Positions 1 through 6,271 of a DNA stretch of 10,695 nucleotides are shown one piece after another (the first letter of the stretch is position 1; each line of letters opens with the position of its first letter). Origin of the DNA: Dehalococcoidia bacterium (GTDB lineage: Bacteria; Chloroflexota; Dehalococcoidia; Dehalococcoidales; UBA1222); the NCBI GenBank assembly GCA_003597995.1, contig QZJY01000057.1:1-10695 (forward strand), given 5' to 3'. Both the position numbers and the translations under genes were made by a program. Under the pieces are notes generated by a model. That model did no database searches. It saw only the letters and a program-made list of their open reading frames with translations, and was not told the DNA's origin.

Positions 1-449
1 GAGGCGGGGGCCTTGCCGCCCCGGGCCTGGATGCGGGCGAATGCCGTTTCCAGGGGCACACGCAACACGTAGTAGCAAGTTCTAAGCCCGCGACCCGCGG
101 CATATAGGTGGTATTGGCGGGTGTGGAGCATCACGCCCTCCCATGCGACCGCCCAATATCCCGCCTTTTTCGCCTGGATACAGGCATGTTCCAGGGCATT
201 AAGGATCTCAATCTTCGAGCCGATACGGTCCACACCCGGAATCTTAACACTCGGCGTGAGATAGTCGCCGATGAGCACAATGCCGAAATTCCTTACCGCC
301 GTGAGGGGTACCGTGTACCCTGCCACTACCGACTCACCCTGCTCGGCCACAGCACGGAGCACGGTCGACTTGCCCGCACCATTCGTTCCAAGAACAGTTA
401 GCAAGACCAGGGGCGATCCATCAAAGGCATTTACGCCGAAGGTAGTCAC
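1..449 (-). CDS. P-loop NTPase/kinase-like protein. The N-terminus is in the window and the C-terminus runs past position 1.
   Basis: Manual minus-strand translation gives (V/M)TTFGVNAFDGSPLVLLTVLGTNGAGKSTVLRAVAEQGESVVAGYTVPLTAVRNFGIVLIGDYLTPSVKIPGVDRIGSKIEILNALEHACIQAKKAGYWAVAWEGVMLHTRQYHLYAAGRGLRTCYYVLRVPLETAFARIQARGGKAPA..., open to position 1. It has a Walker A motif (GTNGAGKST) preceded by a hydrophobic strand, and a hydrophobic strand ending in Asp (GIVLIGD) that resembles Walker B. An in-frame TGA sits at 453-455, followed by GTG at 447-449. The gene is absent from the ORF track, presumably because it has no stop inside the window. Confidence 0.6.
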   Translation of the reverse strand, partial: MTTFGVNAFDGSPLVLLTVLGTNGAGKSTVLRAVAEQGESVVAGYTVPLTAVRNFGIVLIGDYLTPSVKIPGVDRIGSKIEILNALEHACIQAKKAGYWAVAWEGVMLHTRQYHLYAAGRGLRTCYYVLRVPLETAFARIQARGGKAPA

Positions 450-453
450 CCGA

Positions 454-651
454 TCACGTACGGCGCGTGTGGGCCTTGTGGATCTTCGTTGAGCGAGCCT
501 TGCCGCAGGTCGGGCAGATGCGAGTTTGGTAGAATGGCGTGGGGCGGCGCTCGCCGGTCGTAAGCTGATGTTCGCGCACCACGTTGTCGGCTTGAATGCG
601 CGCCACGAGACGGGCCATCTCACTGGGGGTGCGGGCGTACTTCCGCGCCAT
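454..651 (-). CDS. Small basic protein of about 65 aa with a CPTC Cys pair; function unknown.
   Basis: This is the track ORF 454..678. Its first M at 678 is actually a TTG codon. An in-frame ATG at 649-651 lies 1 nt after the upstream kinase stop (653-655), giving MARKYARTPSEMARLVARIQADNVVREHQLTTGERRPTPFYQTRICPTCGKARSTKIHKAHTRRT. Third-position GC is very high, about 80% by hand count, which supports coding. The protein is rich in Arg and Lys. Confidence 0.45.
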   Translation of the reverse strand: MARKYARTPSEMARLVARIQADNVVREHQLTTGERRPTPFYQTRICPTCGKARSTKIHKAHTRRT

Positions 652-652
652 G

Positions 653-1222
653 TCAGGAGGACCTAATAGCGCGGTCAATCCACGCGTGAATCACAGCGTG
701 CTCAGGATAGCCCGGGGTAATCCAGAATTCCGCAACCTCGTGCAACGGCGCTGCGGGGTGGTCCCGTTGGAACTTGGCGAACGCCCGGGTATACCGGGAG
801 GCAAAGAGTTGTTCCGCATTCCGGCTGCCGCTTTCCCAAAACTCCTTGCGGTACGCCTTACCCCGGCGCACACAGCGGGCTTCGATATGGCGTGCACCGA
901 CCTCTACCGTCTGGAGCATCAGCGCCGCGCGGAGCCCCCGGTACATGCCGAAGGTGGACTGATGCACGAGGCACCGGAAGACGGCACTGTAGATCCGTGT
1001 ACCCTCAATAAGAAGCACGCGGGCCCGCGGATCGGCCCACCGTGTCATCATGTTGCGAAAGGTCGTCACCAACGGCTTCTGAAGAAGGGTATCTTCATCC
1101 GCCGTAATAACCCATTCGGGCTTGATCAGCCCTGCCTGGACCAGTCGTTCGCCGGCCTGGCGGAGCACCGTAGTCTTGCCGGCAGCGTTGCCGCCGGCAA
1201 GCAGGATGGCGCTGTATTGCAC
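653..1222 (-). CDS. P-loop kinase-like protein of 189 aa. It could be a (d)NMP kinase or a modified-nucleotide or DNA kinase; its specificity is unknown.
   Basis: Walker A (AILLAGGNAAGKTTVLRQ) lies at the extreme N-terminus, followed by an acidic strand (VITADED). The size matches small nucleotide kinases. The start is GTG at 1220-1222, immediately after an in-frame stop. Order of motifs and spacing are similar to the truncated P-loop gene at 1..449, suggesting a paralog. Confidence 0.7.
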   Translation of the reverse strand: MQYSAILLAGGNAAGKTTVLRQAGERLVQAGLIKPEWVITADEDTLLQKPLVTTFRNMMTRWADPRARVLLIEGTRIYSAVFRCLVHQSTFGMYRGLRAALMLQTVEVGARHIEARCVRRGKAYRKEFWESGSRNAEQLFASRYTRAFAKFQRDHPAAPLHEVAEFWITPGYPEHAVIHAWIDRAIRSS

Positions 1223-1289
1223 CCCTAATTACGGCGAAGACCGCACGGCTTCAATCGCCTGCGTGCTTCCATGCCGCCGTACCGGGTCG

Positions 1290-1466
1290 TCATGGCTGAG
1301 CGTGCGTGCCGGTGCGGAGGTTGACCTGTCGGAGAATAGTGATGACTTCGTCCAGGCTATGTGCGACGAAATTCAGCGACGACTCGTACATACCCAACGT
1401 AACGGTGTATCCATTCTCCGCCGGGTAAACCGTGAGACTCGTCGCGTCGTAGGTCGTACCTGCCAC
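1290..1466 (-). CDS. Possible unannotated small ORF of 58 aa, hypothetical.
   Basis: Manual translation from GTG at 1464-1466, 1 nt after the flotillin TAG stop, to TGA at 1290-1292 gives VAGTTYDATSLTVYPAENGYTVTLGMYESSLNFVAHSLDEVITILRQVNLRTGTHAQP. Third-position GC is about 70% by hand count. It falls below the 60-aa cutoff of the ORF track. Confidence 0.25.
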   Translation of the reverse strand: MAGTTYDATSLTVYPAENGYTVTLGMYESSLNFVAHSLDEVITILRQVNLRTGTHAQP

Positions 1467-1467
1467 G

Positions 1468-3000
1468 CTAGACCCCCTTATCCTCCACAGCGTTCAGATC
1501 GGACACCCCTGCCTTGGCCAACAGCGGGCTGATGTCGATACCCATCGCCTTGCACCGTTCAACGAGCGCGAAGAGGGCTTGGGGCCCAATACCCACGTAC
1601 CGGTCCAAGGCGCTACCGTGCCCGTTGCTGCTGCCGGAATCCATGACGATGATCTTATCCGCCTCAGCCAACGGCGCCGTCGCCGCGGCCATGACCCCGC
1701 TGAATTCCTTGATCGCGGCCGGCACCAGCGTTTGGGCAGCCTCGAGGATCTGGAGGAGCCGGCCGGCTTCATTCAGGGCCTTGTATGCTTCGGCCTTCTT
1801 GAGCGTGCCCTCAGCTTCCGCGAGGAGTTTGGCACGGATGCCGTCGGCTTCGGCCAGCAACTCGGCCCGCTTTGCCGCGGCCCGCCCTTCGCCTTCCGCG
1901 GCCAGGGCTTTACGCTGTGCTTCGGCCTCGATTTCTATCGCCCGCGCCCGGCCTTCCGCCGCGACCTCGGCCGAGCGACGCTGTGCTTCGGCCGGCCTGA
2001 TTACTTCTGCCACGAGTTCCTGCTCGCGACGAGCAGCCGCAGCCTCTGCCACTTCGGTTGCCTTGAGTGTGCGGACGAGTTCGACCTCTTGCTCCTTCTC
2101 CACGACCGCCTTCCGCGCTTCGGCCGTTGCCAACGGACCAGCCTGCTCGGCCCGGGCGCTTTCGGCGTTGGTTTCTGCCCTGTAACGGGCGACGCGTACG
2201 TCCTTTTCTTTCTCCGCCTCTTTGATCAGCGCAATGTTTTCCTGCTCCTTTACGGCACCTTCTTTTTCGGCGGTCGTGGCCTGGATAGTCGCTTCCTTCT
2301 GCGCGTCAGCGGCACCGATTTCGGCGTCCCGCTTGACCTCCGCGGTCCGCTTCAGCCCCAACGCGGCCAAATAGCCTTGCGAGTCGGACAGTTCCTTGAC
2401 CGTAAGGATATCGATCTTGAGCCCCAGGCGGGCCAGGTCGCTCTGTGACTCGTTAATCATACGCTGCTGGAACGCCGCCCGATCGCTGTTGATCTCCTCA
2501 ATGGACAGCGTGCCCAGCATGGAGCGCAGGTGGCCTTCCAGGGCCTCGTATGCCATCTGCCGGATCTCTTCTTGGCTTTTACCGATGAGCCGTTCGACGG
2601 CGTTGATAAGCAGCGTGTCCTCGCTGCCCACCTTGATGTTGGCAACGGCCTTGATCGACAGCGGCACGCCTTCCCGTGTGATAGCTTCTTGGACGGCTAG
2701 ATTCGGGATGGTGATGACCCGTAGGTCTAGCTCGTCCTTACGCTCGAGAAACGGGATAACGAGGGTCGCCCCACCGCGCACGAGGCGGTAGCCGACCGTT
2801 ACGGTCTGCTCCTCCCCGTTCTCATTGCGTGTCACGATCCGGTGCTGCCGCCCCGAGACAACGGCCACAAGATGTGGTGGCACTTTGATGTAGTTGGCCC
2901 GCAGCATCCGAATGATGATGGCGAGCATGAGCACGACAAGTCCAACGATGGCTAGCGTCGTCAACCATGCGGCTATCTGCTGTCCGATATCAAGACCCAC
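1468..3000 (-). CDS. floT: Flotillin of the FloT/YuaG type (SPFH/band-7 domain protein).
   Basis: The 510-aa protein has an N-terminal TM helix (LTTLAIVGLVVLMLAIIIRML) and an SPFH core containing RLVRGGATLVIPFLE, LIGKSQEEIRQMAYEALEGHLRSMLGTLSIEEI and LGLKIDILTVKELSDSQGYLAALGLKRTAEVKRDAEI. By recall these align closely with B. subtilis FloT. A long Ala/Glu/Arg-rich coiled-coil repeat region follows, then a C-terminal tail. The start is GTG at 2998-3000, overlapping the nfeD stop by 11 nt. Confidence 0.85.
   Translation of the reverse strand: MGLDIGQQIAAWLTTLAIVGLVVLMLAIIIRMLRANYIKVPPHLVAVVSGRQHRIVTRNENGEEQTVTVGYRLVRGGATLVIPFLERKDELDLRVITIPNLAVQEAITREGVPLSIKAVANIKVGSEDTLLINAVERLIGKSQEEIRQMAYEALEGHLRSMLGTLSIEEINSDRAAFQQRMINESQSDLARLGLKIDILTVKELSDSQGYLAALGLKRTAEVKRDAEIGAADAQKEATIQATTAEKEGAVKEQENIALIKEAEKEKDVRVARYRAETNAESARAEQAGPLATAEARKAVVEKEQEVELVRTLKATEVAEAAAARREQELVAEVIRPAEAQRRSAEVAAEGRARAIEIEAEAQRKALAAEGEGRAAAKRAELLAEADGIRAKLLAEAEGTLKKAEAYKALNEAGRLLQILEAAQTLVPAAIKEFSGVMAAATAPLAEADKIIVMDSGSSNGHGSALDRYVGIGPQALFALVERCKAMGIDISPLLAKAGVSDLNAVEDKGV
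1780..2350 (+). repeat. Low-complexity GC-rich coding repeats, the flotillin EA-rich coiled-coil region.
   Basis: gcttcggcc-like motifs recur around 1787, 1841, 1917, 1985, 2117 and 2160. On the minus strand they encode AEAE, AEGR and KRAE repeats. The same region produces long spurious plus-strand ORFs (1514..2185 and 1579..2448). Confidence 0.5.
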
Positions 3001-3508
3001 GGTGATTCTCCTTTACGCGGATGGAGGGTTTGACTAGCACCTGGTCTCCTATGAATGTTGTCAAAATTACACGGGTGCCGACGGGGTAGGCCGGCGCGTA
3101 CGGCTCCCCGGCCCGTGCGACGAATGTCTGTTGGTTCCCGCCGACATTGACGACAACTTCGCCGGCTGTTAGCCCCGGCCCCACTTGCACAGTCACGACG
3201 CCGGTGCGGCCGAAGACGTCTGCGGTTTGCACGTGACTCGTCGACTGTTGACGGCTGATCACACGGAGCATCCACACCATCAGCGCACCAAAGCACAGTC
3301 CCGCGAGTACCCCGTACCCGGCGGCGCCAACGATACCGAAGCCGGCGTAGCGAGCTAGCTGCCCGAACCCGCCAAACGCCGCGAGAAAGGCTGCAATTAC
3401 TTTCATGTTGGCTAACTGCGGCCCATCGTGGTCCAAATCCCCGTCGAGATCAAACAGGAACGCGATGAGCAGGCCGGCTAAGCCGACGGCGAGCAGTATG
3501 ACGAACAT
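2990..3508 (-). CDS. nfeD: NfeD-like membrane protein (YuaF/YqiJ type), the usual partner of flotillin.
   Basis: From the internal ATG (aa 51 of track ORF 2990..3658) the protein reads MFVILLAVGLAGLLIAFLFDLDGD..., with hydrophobic TM segments (VIAAFLAAFGGFGQL, GIVGAAGYGVLAGLCFGALMVWML). A C-terminal OB-like beta domain follows (GRTGVVTVQVGPGLTAGEVVVNVGGNQQTFVARAGEPYAPAYPVGTRVILTTFIGDQVLVKP). The ATG lies 5 nt downstream of the upstream gene's stop (3513). The GTG start at 3658 listed in the track would overlap the upstream gene by 146 nt and was disfavoured. Confidence 0.75.
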   Translation of the reverse strand: MFVILLAVGLAGLLIAFLFDLDGDLDHDGPQLANMKVIAAFLAAFGGFGQLARYAGFGIVGAAGYGVLAGLCFGALMVWMLRVISRQQSTSHVQTADVFGRTGVVTVQVGPGLTAGEVVVNVGGNQQTFVARAGEPYAPAYPVGTRVILTTFIGDQVLVKPSIRVKENHRGS

Positions 3509-3512
3509 GCCT

Positions 3513-4457
3513 TCACCCCTTGTGTACCCAATACTTGGGATTGCGGAACCGCTGCGGAATCGTGTCCCAGAGGCGTAGATCCGTGCTGGCTTTGGCCGGG
3601 TCGTAGGTGCGCTTTGCGCGCCCGAACTCCTTGAACCGCACGTATTTCTGGTATTCACATAAGGCTTGTTCGAGATTCTCCAAGGTTAGCGGGGGCCCAA
3701 GAAGCGTGGCGCCGGCTGCTGCTAGCTGGTCGTACTGGCTGTCGCGTAATTCCATCAGTGCCGGCTGCACCTGCGGCAGGCGTATGCGGCGCTCAAGCAA
3801 CAGGTCAAGCCCCCGAATCGCTCCGGGTCCACAGAAGGCCCACTCGTCGAGCCACGAGCTTGGGAGAATGTCGACTTCGGGGTAACAGCAGTCAATCATG
3901 ATCTCAAAGGCGTTAAACCCGGCCCAGCCGGGCACTTGCATGAGCACGCGATGCGCCTGGACGGGGTTGGTGGCATCGGCCAGTTCGTCAAGGACGCGGC
4001 TAACGTGTTCCGCGAGCCATGTCAGATTCGTGATAATCGTGCGTAGCTTGCCCCCGCCGCCCCCGCCGCCGTGACCAGTGATCATATACGCCCCGGTGAA
4101 GATCTTCACGCCTTGGGCCCGGAGCGCCTCCAACCGGTGGAACATCCGTTTGGAGCTCCAGGACTCAGGCGTCAGGTAGCCGCCGAGAGCGTCGTAGGTA
4201 GCCGGCCACCCAAAGGAGCGGAAGGCCGCGACGTTAAAGAGCTGGTTTTCTGGCTTGCCTTGCTCGGGCAGACGGCGAAGAAGTTCGCGCGTCCCCCGAT
4301 CTAGTTCACGGTAAATGTTCGTGAATGCTACGCTGCGCAACACCTGATCCTCGGACCACGGCGGCGGTTCCAGTCGAATGATCCGGCGCACGAACACCGC
4401 ATGTCGCTCAGCGACAAACCGCCAAAACTGTGGAACATGCTCAGGGTGCCAGTCCAT
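3513..4457 (-). CDS. Hypothetical 314-aa protein with a poly-Gly loop (GHGGGGGGGK). Candidate partner enzyme of the adjacent TS-like gene; function unknown.
   Basis: The ORF has an ATG start at 4455-4457, 7 nt after the TS-like gene's TAG stop, and its stop lies 5 nt before the nfeD start. Codon usage and third-position GC match the neighbouring genes. I could assign no family from the sequence alone. The Gly-rich loop does not fit the Walker A pattern GxxxxGK[ST]. Confidence 0.75.
   Translation of the reverse strand: MDWHPEHVPQFWRFVAERHAVFVRRIIRLEPPPWSEDQVLRSVAFTNIYRELDRGTRELLRRLPEQGKPENQLFNVAAFRSFGWPATYDALGGYLTPESWSSKRMFHRLEALRAQGVKIFTGAYMITGHGGGGGGGKLRTIITNLTWLAEHVSRVLDELADATNPVQAHRVLMQVPGWAGFNAFEIMIDCCYPEVDILPSSWLDEWAFCGPGAIRGLDLLLERRIRLPQVQPALMELRDSQYDQLAAAGATLLGPPLTLENLEQALCEYQKYVRFKEFGRAKRTYDPAKASTDLRLWDTIPQRFRNPKYWVHKG
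4051..4068 (+). repeat. Perfect tandem 9-mer (cccccgccg) x2 inside the 314-aa CDS, encoding the Gly7 run.
   Basis: Read directly from the sequence: cccccgccgcccccgccg at 4051-4068. Its reverse complement, ggc ggc ggg ggc ggc ggg ggc, encodes GGGGGGG. The repeat unit is a multiple of three. Confidence 0.8.
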
Positions 4458-4464
4458 GTCGTCC

Positions 4465-5637
4465 CTACGGGCCGTGATATTCAGGCAAGGAAGGCTGCAC
4501 AGCCCCGTCGTGTTTAATGTAGGCGAGTACGACGGCCGGATAATCCGGGAGATAAACGTGGCGCGTTACGTGCCGCCGCGCTGCCCACCGCCACAGGAAT
4601 TCCCATGCGGCCACGGCCCAATCCTGCGCAGCTACACAGTGGAGTTCGTCGACTGCCCGTTGGCATCGCTCAACGTTGTCGCGGGCACTTGTACCGTGTA
4701 AGTGGCCCCATGCCCGTAACATTCGCCGGACGCTCTCCCAATACGGACAATCGACCGGATCGTCGAGCGTTCGGGCCAACAGGGCCGCCCGTGCCAACGC
4801 CGGACCGGGGGCCATGCGGGTAAACGGCACGTGCCGGTACACGTCAAAGGACACGTGAGGATTCTCGACGAGTCGGCGTACGATGGGATCATCCTCGTAC
4901 ACGTGCAGGCTGGAGCTGAAGTGCGAATACTCGCCGACGTCCACCCCAAGCTCACAGGCCAACGCCTCCTGGATGGTCGTAAATTGCACGATGTTTGTAT
5001 ACGAAAGGCCCAGGACCAAATCGTTCGAGCGGTTGAAGGTAGCCGCCCAGAGCTTGCCATCCCGCAGTTGGTACGTGCAGGCTATGTTGCAGGGCATATC
5101 ACGGGTCTCTACCTGCGGGTTATCGAGTTCCGGATCCCTCAGCACGGTGGCAGCGCGGCGGCTGCCGGCGTCCAATCGCAACTGCGCGAGGACGTCTTTA
5201 AGCTGGTCTGCGGTGCCCTGAAACCCCGCACGACGCAGGCGCTTACCGTACGCGCCATGGAAGTCCGGCCCGCCGTCCAAGTACTGGCGGAGTTGTGAGT
5301 TGTACCGGCAAATCCATTCGGCGTCACTCCGGCCGGCCAGGATCCACACGGGTTCCGCTAGCTGGAAAAAGGGGTTTGCCCGCCGGTACGGGATTGTAAG
5401 CACCCGCTGCCGGGGCTGCACCAGCATAGTCAGGGCGTGTAGCATTTCCCTGTGCGTGCGCCCCCGGGAGGTTACGGGGGTGCCATAGAGGCGCATTTGC
5501 TGTACGGCGTCTACAAACCACTCGTTCGCATGCCCGGCCAAGATCAGCCGTTCGGCCTGGTGCTCGCTGGAGGCGCCCCACTTTCCGGCAGCGGTTTCGT
5601 CAGCGTTGGGCGGTGAGCCGTTTCCGTTGCCTGTCAC
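4465..5637 (-). CDS. Thymidylate-synthase-family enzyme, divergent. It may be a canonical thymidylate synthase or a pyrimidine hydroxymethylase; uracil specificity is predicted.
   Basis: The 390-aa protein aligns, by recall, block for block with E. coli ThyA. HGAYGKRLRRAG matches GPVYGKQWRAW. DQLKDVLAQLRLDAGSRRAATVLRDPELD...MPCNIACTYQLRDGKLWAATFNRSNDLVLGLSYTNIVQFTTIQEALACELGVDVGEYSHFSSSLHVYEDD matches [26 protein letters not shown]...[69 protein letters not shown]. The catalytic Cys and the Asn equivalent to E. coli N177 (dUMP specificity) are present. It differs from ThyA in three ways: PCN replaces PCH, there are about 90 extra C-terminal residues, and there is a low-complexity N-terminal extension of about 25 aa. 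The start is GTG at 5635-5637, overlapping the RuvC gene's stop by 38 nt; an alternative TTG start lies about 31 codons downstream. Confidence 0.85.
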   Translation of the reverse strand: MTGNGNGSPPNADETAAGKWGASSEHQAERLILAGHANEWFVDAVQQMRLYGTPVTSRGRTHREMLHALTMLVQPRQRVLTIPYRRANPFFQLAEPVWILAGRSDAEWICRYNSQLRQYLDGGPDFHGAYGKRLRRAGFQGTADQLKDVLAQLRLDAGSRRAATVLRDPELDNPQVETRDMPCNIACTYQLRDGKLWAATFNRSNDLVLGLSYTNIVQFTTIQEALACELGVDVGEYSHFSSSLHVYEDDPIVRRLVENPHVSFDVYRHVPFTRMAPGPALARAALLARTLDDPVDCPYWESVRRMLRAWGHLHGTSARDNVERCQRAVDELHCVAAQDWAVAAWEFLWRWAARRHVTRHVYLPDYPAVVLAYIKHDGAVQPSLPEYHGP

Positions 5638-6271
5638 GGCGCTTCTCCTTTGGAGCCGCTTGCTGTTCCCACGTATAGGCCAGCTTCAGCAACACTTCGC
5701 GTTGCGGTTTCGTGAGGCGGTCGCCTGTACTGCTGCCCGTCAGGACGGTGTGGAAGTCGTGCCCGATCCGGGCGAGGACGAACGCGTCGGCGAGGTTGTG
5801 GTCTTTGTACTCGCGCCCCCACCGTTTGTAAACCTGAAGCAGCACTTCGTCTTTTTGCTGGGCACCGCAATACTTCTTAACGTGCGCCACATTCACGGGA
5901 AGAAAATGCAGCGTTGGCCAGCGCGACTCCCAGAGCACAACCTGGTACACCGCCTGGATGGCCGCCGCTTCACTGGCGGTGTGCGCGTTCGACAGCCAAA
6001 TCTCTGACTCCAGTGCCACCACAACGTGCGCCGCGGAGTCGCGCGCAGACAAGACGATCCGGGCAAGCCGCTCGCGCTGTTCGTACAGGCGCAGGGGGCG
6101 CGGCCCGTCACCCGGGGCGGTCTCGAGCGCGTACTCCTGAACAACCCGTCCGTCCGTTAGGACACAGACGCCTGTGTGCGCAAGTGAGGGGTCAACCCCG
6201 ACGACGGTGACGGCTGGGTAGCTTGGGTCGCCGCTGCTTCCGGGCGGGCTGTTGACCGGCTGCCTGACCAT
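5600..6271 (-). CDS. RuvC-like Holliday-junction resolvase (phage-type).
   Basis: The 223-aa protein carries an N-terminal RuvC-fold signature (VTVVGVDPSLAHTGVCVL) with an Asp, then a conserved Glu (VVALESEIW), then AAIQAVYQVVLWE and a C-terminal acidic motif (DHNLADAFVLARIG). A basic tail (KEKRRDRQRKR) follows. The start is ATG at 6269-6271. Confidence 0.8.
   Translation of the reverse strand: MVRQPVNSPPGSSGDPSYPAVTVVGVDPSLAHTGVCVLTDGRVVQEYALETAPGDGPRPLRLYEQRERLARIVLSARDSAAHVVVALESEIWLSNAHTASEAAAIQAVYQVVLWESRWPTLHFLPVNVAHVKKYCGAQQKDEVLLQVYKRWGREYKDHNLADAFVLARIGHDFHTVLTGSSTGDRLTKPQREVLLKLAYTWEQQAAPKEKRRDRQRKRLTAQR

Noticed and set aside
596-1228. Plus-strand ORF of 210 aa, and similar plus-strand ORFs at 108..492, 4831..5298, 5606..6007, 7330..7760 and 9539..10237.
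   Set aside because: All are antisense to minus-strand genes that have clear family signatures. Their products are Arg/Pro/Ala-rich in a way typical of antisense frames in GC-rich DNA, and they have no motifs.
1223-1289. Possible rho-independent terminator downstream of the small ORF and flotillin (gaagccgtgcggtcttc on the minus strand).
   Set aside because: The stem has mismatches and there is no following U-tract. That is too weak to call.
1780-2350. Recurrent gcttcggcc-like motifs, considered as a CRISPR array or other noncoding repeat array.
   Set aside because: Spacing is irregular. The motifs lie inside an uninterrupted reading frame and encode the Ala/Glu repeats of the flotillin coiled coil.
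1514-2448. Long plus-strand ORFs (1514..2185 at 223 aa and 1579..2448 at 289 aa) with Ala/Ser/Arg-rich low-complexity products.
   Set aside because: They are antisense to the strongly supported flotillin gene. They are artefacts of GC-rich, repeat-rich coiled-coil coding sequence that lacks stop codons on the opposite strand.
3500-3606. Apparent 1-nt disagreement between my base-by-base reading and the ORF-track coordinates in this stretch, considered as a possible frameshift or indel.
   Set aside because: The ORF-track coordinates for the flanking stops and starts (2990, 3513, 3607) check out, and the discrepancy cancels out over the interval. It is most likely my own counting error, so I do not report it as a sequence feature.
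2990-3658. NfeD-like ORF with the GTG start at 3658 (222 aa), as given in the ORF track.
   Set aside because: It would overlap the upstream 314-aa gene by 146 nt. The N-terminal 50 aa are low-complexity and unlike NfeD. An ATG 5 nt after the upstream stop begins exactly at the hydrophobic NfeD N-terminus.
4045-4074. GHGGGGGGGK read as a Walker A (P-loop) NTP-binding motif.
   Set aside because: It does not fit GxxxxGK[S/T]: the Lys is followed by Leu-Arg-Thr. It is treated only as a generic Gly-rich loop.
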